Assembly: GCA_965214565.1 (NCBI GenBank)
Contig: OZ243951.1
Span: 2,579,166-2,643,165 of the forward strand
DNA length: 64,000 nt
Source of the DNA: Candidatus Aldehydirespiratoraceae bacterium
GTDB taxonomy: Bacteria > Actinomycetota > Acidimicrobiia > Acidimicrobiales > Aldehydirespiratoraceae
Direction: 5' to 3'
A program made the position numbers and the translations under genes. The notes beneath the pieces were generated by a model, which was given only the letters and a program-made list of their open reading frames with translations, did no database searches and had not been told where the DNA came from. Below, one piece after another: positions 22,571 to 32,058 of the stretch (position 1 is its first letter; each line of letters opens with the position of its first letter).

Positions 22571-24956
22571 GTCCTGGCTCAGGGAGTTCGCGCCTGGTAT
22601 CGACGGTGATCCGAACGAGCTGAGCGAGACCTTGAGCGCTCTCGGCTTGACCGTGGAGGAGATGACTCCCATCGGCGACATCGTCGATGGTGTGGTATTG
22701 GCGAAGGTGCTCGACCTCAGGCCCCATCCCGCAGCCGACAAGATCCAACTCGTCGATGTGGATGCCGGCGACGGAGAGGCGCTGCAGGTGTGCTGCGGGG
22801 CTTTCAACATGGCCGTCGGGGATCTGATTCCCTTCGCCGTGCCAGGGACCGTCATGGCCAACGGCTTGGAGATTAAACAACGCAAGATGCGAGGCGAAGT
22901 GTCGTCCGGGATGTGTTGCTCGGGGGCCGAGTTGGGTCTCAACGACGACCACGAGGGAATCCTCGTGCTCAACGACCGCGTGGTTTCGGGAGCTGAACTT
23001 GGAATGGACCTGGGCGCTGCCATCGGTCTGGAACCCGACGTGTTGTGGGACCTCGAGGTGAACGCCAACCGGCCCGACGCCATGTCGGTGGCTGGAGTGG
23101 CGCGCGATCTGGCCGCCGCGCTCGGTGTCTACTTCTCCTACCCGGACTACAGCGTCGACACCGACACCTACTCCGCAAACGAGAGTGCCGACGAGCTCCT
23201 GACAGTTGAGATTCTTGATCCGACACTGTGCGGACGGTTCGTTGCGACCGTGCTGCGCGGAATCATCGTGGGGACGTCGCCGCAGTGGCTCGCTGACCGG
23301 CTGGTGTTGGCGGGAATGCGTCCGCTCAACTCGATCGTCGACATCTCCAACTATGTGATGCTCGAGTTGGGTCAACCCAACCACACTTTCGATCTGGCCA
23401 CGATCCCAAACGGTCACCTGCGGGTGCGACGGGCTATGCCCGGTGAGACGCTGACGACCCTCGACGGCCTGGAACGTGAACTCACCGCCAACGACGGTGT
23501 GATCACCAACGACTCGGACCAGATCGTCAGCCTGGCGGGAGTGATGGGCGGAGCAACCACCGAGGTCTCCGAGCAGACGACCGACGTGCTGTTGGAGATG
23601 GCCTGGTGGGATCCGCCGACCATCTCGCGCACCGTCAAGCGGCTCAATCTGGTGAGCGAGGCGTCGAGCAGGTTCCGACGCGGCGCCGATTGGGGCGAGA
23701 ACATCGACCGTTCGATGCAACGCTTCATCCAGCTTGCGACACAACTCGGGGCCACTGCGGCGCCGGGGTTTGTGGACGCCGCCGGCGACACCCCTGATCG
23801 GACGCCCCTGGCTGTACGCAGCGCCAAGATCAACGGACTGCTCGGCACCGACCTGAGCGCTGCTGAGATGGCCGGGCATCTGGCTTCGATCGGCTTTGCA
23901 GCCGATGTGGTCGCGTCCGACAGCGGCACGGAGGACTTGGCTGTCACGATTCCCACATGGCGCTGGGACACCGAGACCGAGACCGATGTGGCTGAAGAGG
24001 TGGCGCGCCTGCACGGCTACGACAACATCGCCAGAACGGTTCCCAGAGGGTCCATTGCCGGGGGGCTTAGCGACTATCAGGTGCGTCGTCGTCTGGTTCG
24101 TCAGGTCCTGCTCGGGTTCGGATGCGATGAGACCTTCCCCATGCCGTTCCTGGCGCCGGGCGACCTGCTGAAGGCGGGCCTCGCCGACAACGGGGTGACC
24201 CTGACCAACCCGCTCGTCTCCGAGCAGTCGGTGTTGCGCACGTCGCTGCTTCCGGGCCAGCTCAAAGCGATCGCCTACAACCAGTCCCATCGCAGCGTGG
24301 ATGTTCGCTTCTTTGAGATCGACCACGTCTATCTGCCGCCCCCGAAAGATCAGGTGCTTCCGGACGAACATGAGCACCTCGCGGTTGCGCTGGCAGGCTC
24401 TGAAGCCCCCGAGGCGGTCGCGGCCCTCGATCTGCTCGAACGTGAGCTGGGTCTGCCGAACGTTGTTCTGCGCTCAGCGTCACCCCCCGGTTTGCACGGC
24501 ACTCGTTCTGCCGAGGTGGTGGTCGCGGGTCGAAGCGCCGGAGTGGTCGGGGAGGTTGACCCGTTGGTTCTAAAGAACTACGGAGTGACTGGGAGAGTGG
24601 CCTGGCTCGAGCTCGACCTGGGCGCTCTCCTGGGCGGACCCCGTAGAAGCCACAAGTACACGCCCGTATCGAAGTACCCGTCGAGTGACGTTGATCTGGC
24701 GTTCGAAGTCCCCGATGAGGTGGCTGCCGCGGCGGTTGAGAGTTCGCTGCGCAAGGCGGGCAAGGGTCTGCTGACCGACATCGAACTGTTCGATGTCTAC
24801 CGGGGCGAGGGTATGCCGACCGGTACTCGGAGCCTGGCTTACCGCCTGCGGTTCCAGGCTCAGGATCACACTCTGACCGATGCCGAAGTGGCCGACGTCC
24901 GCCAAGCGTGCATCGATGCAGTGTCCAAGCGTCACGGCGTGCCTCTGCGAAGCTAG
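22557..24956 (+). CDS. pheT: phenylalanine--tRNA ligase beta subunit
   Basis: 799 aa with MKVTLSWLREF..., a tRNA-binding domain, and B3/4, B5 and FDX-ACB domains in order. Confidence 0.95.
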   Translation: MKVTLSWLREFAPGIDGDPNELSETLSALGLTVEEMTPIGDIVDGVVLAKVLDLRPHPAADKIQLVDVDAGDGEALQVCCGAFNMAVGDLIPFAVPGTVMANGLEIKQRKMRGEVSSGMCCSGAELGLNDDHEGILVLNDRVVSGAELGMDLGAAIGLEPDVLWDLEVNANRPDAMSVAGVARDLAAALGVYFSYPDYSVDTDTYSANESADELLTVEILDPTLCGRFVATVLRGIIVGTSPQWLADRLVLAGMRPLNSIVDISNYVMLELGQPNHTFDLATIPNGHLRVRRAMPGETLTTLDGLERELTANDGVITNDSDQIVSLAGVMGGATTEVSEQTTDVLLEMAWWDPPTISRTVKRLNLVSEASSRFRRGADWGENIDRSMQRFIQLATQLGATAAPGFVDAAGDTPDRTPLAVRSAKINGLLGTDLSAAEMAGHLASIGFAADVVASDSGTEDLAVTIPTWRWDTETETDVAEEVARLHGYDNIARTVPRGSIAGGLSDYQVRRRLVRQVLLGFGCDETFPMPFLAPGDLLKAGLADNGVTLTNPLVSEQSVLRTSLLPGQLKAIAYNQSHRSVDVRFFEIDHVYLPPPKDQVLPDEHEHLAVALAGSEAPEAVAALDLLERELGLPNVVLRSASPPGLHGTRSAEVVVAGRSAGVVGEVDPLVLKNYGVTGRVAWLELDLGALLGGPRRSHKYTPVSKYPSSDVDLAFEVPDEVAAAAVESSLRKAGKGLLTDIELFDVYRGEGMPTGTRSLAYRLRFQAQDHTLTDAEVADVRQACIDAVSKRHGVPLRS

Positions 24957-24959
24957 CCA

Positions 24960-25004
24960 GCCCATGCACACGCCGGCCCATGCACACGCCGGCCCATGCA
25001 CACA
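24960..25004. repeat. 16-bp tandem repeat, about 2.8 copies (GCCCATGCACACGCCG)
   Basis: Read directly; begins immediately 3' of the pheT stop. Confidence 0.9.
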
Positions 25005-25102
25005 TTGTCAACCAATGGTTCAGTTAGTTGCTGTCACGATTGCGCTAGACCTCCTAACGAAATCGTGCTAGCGTGTAACCGATTTTCGAGGAGAGGGGAC
25101 GG

Positions 25103-26473
25103 TTGACCGAGATTCGAGCCAAGGCTCAAGCCCACTTGGTGCCGCATTTCACGCGTGGCGATGCTTGGCAACGCGACGACTTGCTGGTCATAGACCGAGG
25201 CGAAGGCTGTTACGTCTGGGACACCGGGGGCGACGAATACCTTGACGGTCTCTCAGGGTTGTTCTGCACCAACCTCGGCCACGGTCGCAGTGACCTGACC
25301 GCGGTCGCGGCCAAACAGATGGACAAACTGGCCTTCAGTCCCACCTGGAGCTACGTCCACCCCTCGTCCATCGAAGCGTCGTCGCTGATCGCGTCGCTGG
25401 CACCCGCCGACCTCAACCGAGTGTTCTTCGTGAACTCCGGCTCAGAGGCGGTGGAATCGGCTCTCAAGTTTGCGCGTTGCTACCACTTGGCGAACGGCGC
25501 ACCGAATCGCCAGAAGGTGATAGCCCGCCGTTGGGCCTACCACGGGACCACCCTCGGCGCGCTGGCGGTGACGGGCATTCCCAATTTTCGTGACCCCTAC
25601 GAACCGATACTCGGCAGCTTCGTGCGCCATGTCGACAACACCCTCGGCTGTTCCGACCAAACAGGACCCGCCTCCGAACTGCCGTGCGTCGCCGCGGTTG
25701 AACAGGCGATCCTCGCCGAGGGTCCCGAAACGGTGGCAATGGTGATCGCCGAGCCGGTCCAGAACGGTCGGGGAGCGCTGGTCCCGCCTGACGGCTACTG
25801 GCAGGAACTGCGGCGTATCTGCGACACCCACGGCGTGCTGCTCTGCGCGGACGAGGTGATCAACGCCTTCGGTCGTCTCGGCCACTGGTTCGGCAGCGAG
25901 CGCTACGACGTCGTTCCAGACATGATCACCTTCGCCAAAGGCGTCACCAGCGCGTATGTGCCGCTCGGGGGTCTGATCGTGCGGGACCCGCTGGTCGAAC
26001 GGGTGTGGGACTCGCCCTCTGCGATGTTCGTACACGGGGCGACCTTCGGCGGCCATCCCGTAGCCACTGCGGTGGCGGTGGCCAACATGAACGCCATGCG
26101 CGACGAAAAAGTCTTCGACGGCGTGCTGGCCAACGAGGAACGTCTAGTCAGTGGCCTGCGCGCGTTGATGGAGTCCCACGCCTGCGTCTCCGACGTGCGG
26201 GGGACCGGCTACTTCTGTGCCGTGGAATTGATGCGTGACCGTGCCGCCGGCATCCATCTCACCGACACAGAGTTCGCTGAACTGTTACCGGGAGGTGTTC
26301 TGGAACGATTCGTGCGCGAGGCGCGCGTTCTGGTCCGGCCCGACTCTAGAGGCGCCGCCATGTTGGCGGTTGCGCCGCCGCTGGTGGCAGATGCCACCGT
26401 GATCGACGACCTGCTCGCGCGGGTCGACCAAGTGCTCGACCGCGTGGGCGGTTGGCTGAAGGTCTCAACATGA
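25103..26473 (+). CDS. tpa: class III (omega) aminotransferase; candidate taurine:pyruvate aminotransferase by context
   Basis: 456 aa with ...NSGSEAVE...DEVINAFGRLG...FAKGVTSAY (PLP Lys). Clustered with tauABC-like genes, pta and xsc. TTG start after GGAGAGGGGA. Confidence 0.75.
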   Translation: MTEIRAKAQAHLVPHFTRGDAWQRDDLLVIDRGEGCYVWDTGGDEYLDGLSGLFCTNLGHGRSDLTAVAAKQMDKLAFSPTWSYVHPSSIEASSLIASLAPADLNRVFFVNSGSEAVESALKFARCYHLANGAPNRQKVIARRWAYHGTTLGALAVTGIPNFRDPYEPILGSFVRHVDNTLGCSDQTGPASELPCVAAVEQAILAEGPETVAMVIAEPVQNGRGALVPPDGYWQELRRICDTHGVLLCADEVINAFGRLGHWFGSERYDVVPDMITFAKGVTSAYVPLGGLIVRDPLVERVWDSPSAMFVHGATFGGHPVATAVAVANMNAMRDEKVFDGVLANEERLVSGLRALMESHACVSDVRGTGYFCAVELMRDRAAGIHLTDTEFAELLPGGVLERFVREARVLVRPDSRGAAMLAVAPPLVADATVIDDLLARVDQVLDRVGGWLKVST

Positions 26474-26504
26474 GACCACGGAATATCCATTGGAGGGTAA
26501 TCAA

Positions 26505-28535
26505 ATGAAGAGACTACTGGTATTGCTTATGGTGCTCGGCCTCATTGCCGCGGCCTGCGGCGACGACGACTCCGCCGACGGCGGCGACGACGGCGGCACA
26601 ACGACTCCCGAAGAAACCGGTGACGACGGCGACGACGGCGATATGGGTCTCGATGAGTTGAACGTGGCGTACTTCTTGGAGTGGCCGACCGCGAATCAGG
26701 TGGCTCAGGCCGAACAGACTTATGACGCTGAGCTGGGTCTGACTGTGAACTGGATCCCGTTCGCGTCGGGTGGTGACATGGCTCAGGCGATGGAGGCCGG
26801 CGACATCGACATCTCCTATTCGCAGGGTCTGACGCCGTTCGCGAACTTCGTGACCGGTGGGTCCGACCTGCTGTTGGTCGGTGTGGCGGTGACCTATGCC
26901 GACGCCGACAACTGCGTCGCGGGAGCCGACTATGACATAACTGCTGACAACGCCGCGGAGACTCTGGTAGGCCAGAGCATCTATACGCCGTTGGGCAACG
27001 TCACGCATTTCAAGTTGTTGAAGATGCTCGAGCATCTCGGAGTGGACTCCTCGTCTGTGGAGTTGATCCAGTCTGAGGGTGGTCCTGCTGCTGTTGCGGC
27101 TCTGGACTCCGGTGATGTGGCCATGGCCTGTGCGTTCGGCGGCGCTGTCAACCAGATGATCGCCAATGGCGGCAATCTGGTGATGACCGGTGCGGAGCAG
27201 GAGGCCATCGGTATCCGTGTGTTCGACATCATCTCGACCACCGGCGACTTCGCCCAGGCGCATCCCGACATCGTTACTGCATTCCTGCAGGTGACCGAGG
27301 ACGCCAACCGGGCCTACAACGCGGACCGTACGCCGTTCATCGACACGATCGCTGAGGCGGCCGGCATGGATCGTGAACCCACGATTGCTCTGCTCGACGC
27401 ATTCACTTTCCCCGAAAAGGAAGCGCAACTCTCTGATGCCTGGTTGGGCGGCACGGTGCAGTCCACCATGAAGGAGCAGATGGACTTCTTCGTGGCCCAG
27501 GGAGAGATCGAATCGGCACTGCCGAGCTACGACTCCTTCGTCGACACCAGCTTCCTCGAAGCCGTTGAAGGTGGCGCAAGCATGGGCGACGACGTCGAGG
27601 AGATGATGGTCCCTGATGAGTTGAATGTGGCGTACTTCTTGGAGTGGCCGACCGCGAATCAGGTGGCTCAGGCCGAACAGACTTATGACGCTGAGTTGGG
27701 TCTGACTGTGAACTGGATCCCGTTCGCGTCGGGTGGTGACATGGCGCAGGCGATGGAGGCCGGCGACATCGACATCTCCTATTCGCAGGGTCTGACGCCG
27801 TTCGCGAACTTCGTGACCGGTGGGTCCGACCTGCTGTTGGTCGGTGTGGCGGTGACCTATGCCGACGCCGACAACTGTGTGGCCCATCCTGACTACGGCA
27901 TCACCGCTGACAACGCCGCGGAGACTCTGGCGGGCCAGAGCATTTATACGCCGCTTGGTAATGTCACGCATTTCAAGTTGTTGAAGATGCTTGAGCATCT
28001 CGGAGTGGACTCCTCGTCTGTGGAGTTGATCCAGTCTGAGGGTGGTCCTGCTGCTGTTGCGGCTCTGGACTCCGGTGATGTGGCCATGGCCTGTGCGTTC
28101 GGCGGCGCTGTCAACCAGATGATCGCCAATGGCGGCAATCTGGTGATGACCGGTGCGGAGCAGGAGGCCATCGGCATCCGTGTGTTCGACATCATCTCGA
28201 CCACCGGCGACTTCGCGGATGAGTACCCCGGGGTGGTGGCCGCATTCCTGCAGGTGACCGAGGACGCCAACCGGGCCTACAACGCGGACCGGTCGCCGTT
28301 CATCGACACGATCGCTGAGGCGGCCGGCATGGATCGTGAACCCACGATTGCTCTGCTCGACGCGTTCGCTTTCCCCGAAAAGGACGTGCAGCTGTCTGAT
28401 GCCTGGTTGGGCGGCACGGTGCAGTCCACCATGAAGGAGCAGATGGACTTCTTCGTGGCCCAGGGCGAGATCGACTCGGCACTGCCGAGCTACGACTCCT
28501 TCGTCGACACCAGCTTCCTCGAAGCCGTCGAATAG
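26505..28535 (+). CDS. tauA: lipoprotein with two tandem TauA/NMT1-type sulfonate/taurine binding domains
   Basis: Signal peptide plus lipobox-like LIAAAC. Two roughly 306-aa modules, about 95% identical, each with ...W..F.SGGDMAQAMEAGDIDISYSQGLTPFA... similar to E. coli TauA. Confidence 0.85.
   Translation: MKRLLVLLMVLGLIAAACGDDDSADGGDDGGTTTPEETGDDGDDGDMGLDELNVAYFLEWPTANQVAQAEQTYDAELGLTVNWIPFASGGDMAQAMEAGDIDISYSQGLTPFANFVTGGSDLLLVGVAVTYADADNCVAGADYDITADNAAETLVGQSIYTPLGNVTHFKLLKMLEHLGVDSSSVELIQSEGGPAAVAALDSGDVAMACAFGGAVNQMIANGGNLVMTGAEQEAIGIRVFDIISTTGDFAQAHPDIVTAFLQVTEDANRAYNADRTPFIDTIAEAAGMDREPTIALLDAFTFPEKEAQLSDAWLGGTVQSTMKEQMDFFVAQGEIESALPSYDSFVDTSFLEAVEGGASMGDDVEEMMVPDELNVAYFLEWPTANQVAQAEQTYDAELGLTVNWIPFASGGDMAQAMEAGDIDISYSQGLTPFANFVTGGSDLLLVGVAVTYADADNCVAHPDYGITADNAAETLAGQSIYTPLGNVTHFKLLKMLEHLGVDSSSVELIQSEGGPAAVAALDSGDVAMACAFGGAVNQMIANGGNLVMTGAEQEAIGIRVFDIISTTGDFADEYPGVVAAFLQVTEDANRAYNADRSPFIDTIAEAAGMDREPTIALLDAFAFPEKDVQLSDAWLGGTVQSTMKEQMDFFVAQGEIDSALPSYDSFVDTSFLEAVE
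26652..28532 (+). repeat. 963-bp direct tandem duplication (2 copies, in frame, 321 codons per unit)
   Basis: GATGAGTTGAA(C/T)GTGGCGTACTTCTTGGAGTGGCCG starts at 26652 and again at 27615. Long identical stretches are interrupted by a few clustered substitutions. Confidence 0.95.
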
Positions 28536-28656
28536 AAACCTCCTGACCACAGCCGGGCGGCCGTAGTCGACACAGACCAGTCGGCAACGGTTGCCCGGTT
28601 AGGGTCAGCCAAGCAATAATCGCCGCGGGCCAACATGTGGCCAGAAGGGGGATTAC

Positions 28657-30027
28657 GTGGATTCGATCGTTCAAGGTCTGGCCGATGTATACGACGTCAT
28701 CACCTATGTGATCGCCCGGGGTGCCTACTGGCTGTCGGTCGCGTTCTTCGTGTTGGCAGCGGTCGGCGCAGCACTGATGTTCATTGATCTGCTGAAAACT
28801 CCCTCACGGCGCTTCCTAGACGCAGACCACGCCGCGAAGCCCAGCGACGGCATCGTATTGATCGGCCAGCTCATGGCGGGAATGTCGCTTGTCGGCGGAG
28901 TCGTGCTGGTGTTCCGCGACACCGCTTCGCCGTGGCAACCAGCAGCGGCCCTGCTCGGTGGAGCGGCGCTGCTCACTCTCCTGTTGGTGTACAGACGAAC
29001 TGACGAATCCAAACAGGCCGGGATCGTCCGGTACGTCTGGCTCGCCCTCGCCGTCGCCGCAGTGGTGGCCGTGATCTTGGCGTACATGCAGCGCGAAGAC
29101 TCTTCCATCCCTTTCCTCGGCCTGCTCTTGGCGGTGTTCGTGCTGGCCCGAGCCTGGTTCTCGTTGGCTCGTCCCGAAGTCCACTTCGACCCGTCCCAGG
29201 TGGAGGTCGCGCGTGAGTCCAAGACCGAGAGTCCGCTTGTGGTCGAACAGCTCGGAATGGTCTACGAACTGCCCGACGGCGGCAGTGTGGAGGCCCTCAA
29301 GGACGTGACGTTCACGCTTGAGCCCGGACGCCTGCTCACCCTGCTCGGGCCGTCGGGGTGCGGTAAGACCACTCTGCTCAACATTCTCGCCGGTTTCCTG
29401 GCCCCCACCGCCGGCGAGGCGAAGCTCGGCAACGATGTGATCACCGGTCCCAGCCAGGAACGGGGCATGGTGTTCCAGCAGGGGGCGCTGTTCGAGTGGC
29501 TCACCGTCAACGACAATGTCGGTTTCGGAGCTCGTATGAACGGCCGGTCCCGGCCTGCTTCCCGGGAGGCGGTGCAGGACCTGCTTCGCATAGTCGGCCT
29601 GTCGGAATTTGGGGAGAAGGCGGTCTACGAACTCTCTGGAGGCATGCAACAGCGTGTGGCGCTGGCCCGCTGCCTCGCCAACGACCCCAAGATCATCCTC
29701 ATGGACGAGCCGCTCGGCGCGCTCGACGCTCTGACCCGCGAGAAGATGCAGAGTCTGGTTCTCAACCTGTGGAACGAGACCGGCAAGACCATCGTGCTGG
29801 TCACCCACAGCGTCGAGGAGGCGCTGTATCTGGGCGATCAGCTGTTTGTCATGGCCCCGCGCCCCGGTCGTATAGAACGGGTCTACGACCTGCCGTTCGC
29901 TCAGCAGGCGCTGACCGCGGACGCCCGAGAACTGAAGACCTCCCCCGAGTTCATTGCGACGCGAGAGGAGATCCTGTCGATGATCTGGGAGATGGAGGAG
30001 CAGATCATGGGAACGGGAGGCCAGTGA
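28657..30027 (+). CDS. tauB: NitT/TauT-family ABC ATPase with a roughly 190-aa N-terminal multi-pass membrane extension
   Basis: Walker A GPSGCGKTT, signature LSGGMQQR and Walker B ILMDEP. The N-terminus has about 5 hydrophobic segments. Confidence 0.85.
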   Translation: MDSIVQGLADVYDVITYVIARGAYWLSVAFFVLAAVGAALMFIDLLKTPSRRFLDADHAAKPSDGIVLIGQLMAGMSLVGGVVLVFRDTASPWQPAAALLGGAALLTLLLVYRRTDESKQAGIVRYVWLALAVAAVVAVILAYMQREDSSIPFLGLLLAVFVLARAWFSLARPEVHFDPSQVEVARESKTESPLVVEQLGMVYELPDGGSVEALKDVTFTLEPGRLLTLLGPSGCGKTTLLNILAGFLAPTAGEAKLGNDVITGPSQERGMVFQQGALFEWLTVNDNVGFGARMNGRSRPASREAVQDLLRIVGLSEFGEKAVYELSGGMQQRVALARCLANDPKIILMDEPLGALDALTREKMQSLVLNLWNETGKTIVLVTHSVEEALYLGDQLFVMAPRPGRIERVYDLPFAQQALTADARELKTSPEFIATREEILSMIWEMEEQIMGTGGQ

Positions 30028-31088
30028 TGGCTGAAGGTCCTGGAGGGCACGCACTCAAAGACAACATCGACCAACAGGCCAAACAGTCGAACTGGCCGTT
30101 CAACTGGATGTTCCAGAAGAAGGGGGCGAGTGCCCGCAAGACCGTGACGTTCGGCGACGCCTCCGAGGTGAGCGGCGCGCTGCCGTGGACTGTGGTCAGT
30201 CTGGTCGTGATTCTGCTGGTGTGGTTCCTGGCGACGACGGTCTGGGGCCTGCCGTCTGAATGGGTGGACTACGGAGACGAAGTGCGTGCCGGTCTCACTG
30301 AGGATGAGCGCTACCGCCAGCGTGACCTGCTTCGCGACTGCGACAAGGCAGCCGACGACCCCTCAGAATTCCCGGGACTCCCACCCTGTTCGTACACCCA
30401 GTGGCTCAGCGAATCGACCCTTCCCCACCCACTGCAGGTGTGGGACGCGACCTGGGACTTTGCTCGCAACGGCTATAGCGGATTCACGCTTTGGCAACAC
30501 CTGTGGGTGAGCTTCAGCCGTCTGGCGAAGGGCCTGTTCTGGGGGGTGGCCATCGGTGTGCCCATCGGGTTGGCCATGGGCCTGTCGAATCGCTGGCGGG
30601 GCGTGTTCGACCCGGTGGTCGAACTGCTGCGGCCGATACCCCCTCTGGCTCTGATCCCGTTGTTCATTGTGTGGTTCGGAATCGGCGAGGAAGGCAAGGT
30701 CAACCTGCTGCTGTTCGCGGCCGTCTGGATCATGGTCATCGCGGCGCGCTCGGGGGTGCTCGCGGTCAACACCACCAAGGTTCATGCCGCCTATTCTCTG
30801 GGCGCGTCGAAGGCTCAAGTGTTGCGTCACGTGATCCTGCCCAACGCGCTGCCTGAGATCTTCACGGGGTTGCGCGTGGCGATCGGTGTGTGCTGGGGCA
30901 CTCTGGTTGCTGCTGAACTGCTCGGTGCCAGTTCCGGACTCGGTTTCACGATCTTCAAGGCCCGCCAGTTCTTCCTGCTCGACCTAATGCTGTCGGCGGT
31001 GATCCTCATCAGCATTCTGGGCGTGAGCATGGATGTGGCCATGCGCATGGCCGAGAAGAGGTTGATCCCCTGGCGGGGGAAGGGCTGA
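30027..31088 (+). CDS. tauC: NitT/TauT-family ABC permease
   Basis: ATGA overlap with the tauB stop. C-terminal BPD-transporter fold ...LRPIPPLALIPLFIVWFGIGE...; the upstream 177 codons of track ORF 29496 are out-of-frame tauB. Confidence 0.85.
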   Translation: MAEGPGGHALKDNIDQQAKQSNWPFNWMFQKKGASARKTVTFGDASEVSGALPWTVVSLVVILLVWFLATTVWGLPSEWVDYGDEVRAGLTEDERYRQRDLLRDCDKAADDPSEFPGLPPCSYTQWLSESTLPHPLQVWDATWDFARNGYSGFTLWQHLWVSFSRLAKGLFWGVAIGVPIGLAMGLSNRWRGVFDPVVELLRPIPPLALIPLFIVWFGIGEEGKVNLLLFAAVWIMVIAARSGVLAVNTTKVHAAYSLGASKAQVLRHVILPNALPEIFTGLRVAIGVCWGTLVAAELLGASSGLGFTIFKARQFFLLDLMLSAVILISILGVSMDVAMRMAEKRLIPWRGKG

Positions 31089-31098
31089 TCGCTTCGCT

Positions 31099-32034
31099 GT
31101 GAGCGTTCTCGAGGGTTGGTACAGCAGCGCGCGGGCGAACCCGCAGCGCATCATCCTGGCCGATGCAGACGACCGGCGGGCTGTCGGAGCGGTCGATCGG
31201 CTCAATGCACAGGGTCTGGTCGAGGCATTGGTGGCGGGCAGGGACTTCGGCTCGCTCGCCGAGATCGCCCATGATCCCGCGGAGCGCCTCGTTGAGGAAC
31301 TGGCCGGGGCAGAGACGGGACCGTGGGCCGGACGTCGTCTCGACGTTGACGATCCACTGGTGATGTCTGCGGCTCTGGTCAAGACAGGCTGGGCTGCGGG
31401 GTGCGTGGGTGGCGCGAGCCGTTCCAGCGCCGAGGTGGTGCGGGCCGGTTTGCGGGTGCTCGGGGTCGCGCCTGGGGTTGAAGCGGTGAGCAGTTGCTTC
31501 TTCTTCGTGCTGCCCGACGGCCGCGCAGTGGTCTACGGCGACTGCGGGGTGCTGCCCGATCCTGACGATCAGCAACTGGCCTCGGTGGCGATCTCGAGCG
31601 CGGCCACGTTCGCTCAACTGTCCGGCGAGGAGCCCCGTGTCGCCATGCTCTCGTTCTCAACCAAGGGGAGTGCACAACACCCGCGGGTCGACAAGGTGCG
31701 CAGCGCAACCGCGATTGCTCAGCAGGCCGCGCCAGGTCTGAAGATCGACGGCGAATTGCAGTTCGATGCGGCGTGGGTCCGAGCGGTCGGTGAGGTCAAG
31801 GCGCCCGGTTCCGAGGTTGCCGGCAGAGCCAATGTGTTCGTCTTTCCGGATCTCGACTCCGGCAACATCGCATACAAGATCACCGAACGGCTGGGCGGCG
31901 CGCTTGCTTTCGGACCTCTGCTGCAGGGGTTGAACGGTGTGTTGCATGACCTCTCGCGGGGTTGTTCTGAAGACGACATCGTCAACGTGGCGGTCATCGC
32001 CTCAATCCAAGCCTCCGCGCTGCGCTCCCTCTAA
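31099..32034 (+). CDS. pta: phosphate acetyltransferase (PTA_PTB-only short form)
   Basis: ...FPDLDSGNIAYKI.ERLGGA.A.GP.LQGL...DLSRGCS.DDIVN... Confidence 0.85.
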   Translation: MSVLEGWYSSARANPQRIILADADDRRAVGAVDRLNAQGLVEALVAGRDFGSLAEIAHDPAERLVEELAGAETGPWAGRRLDVDDPLVMSAALVKTGWAAGCVGGASRSSAEVVRAGLRVLGVAPGVEAVSSCFFFVLPDGRAVVYGDCGVLPDPDDQQLASVAISSAATFAQLSGEEPRVAMLSFSTKGSAQHPRVDKVRSATAIAQQAAPGLKIDGELQFDAAWVRAVGEVKAPGSEVAGRANVFVFPDLDSGNIAYKITERLGGALAFGPLLQGLNGVLHDLSRGCSEDDIVNVAVIASIQASALRSL

Positions 32035-32058
32035 CGTCTTGGTGATAGCCTCTAACGG

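Noticed and set aside
22086-24377. Very long antisense ORFs. Examples: 763 aa opposite pheT, 678 aa at 26514..28550 opposite tauA, 412 aa at 28816..30054, 305 aa at 7456..8373, 335 aa at 56911..57918, and 303/287 aa at 35168..36368.
   Set aside because: Each lies opposite a gene with unmistakable conserved motifs. Their translations are Arg/Pro/Gly/His-rich low-complexity sequence, typical of stop-poor antisense frames in high-GC DNA.
29496-31088. Track ORFs with long N-terminal extensions: 29496 (tauC), 37212 and 37829 (flavin reductase, gamma-CA), 52556 (aceE), 49879 (HhH-GPD), 12340 (TrmH), 21597 (GNAT), 18765 (infC).
   Set aside because: The extensions overlap the preceding gene in another frame and are non-conserved. 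Internal starts with stop/start overlaps or RBSs give normal-length proteins.
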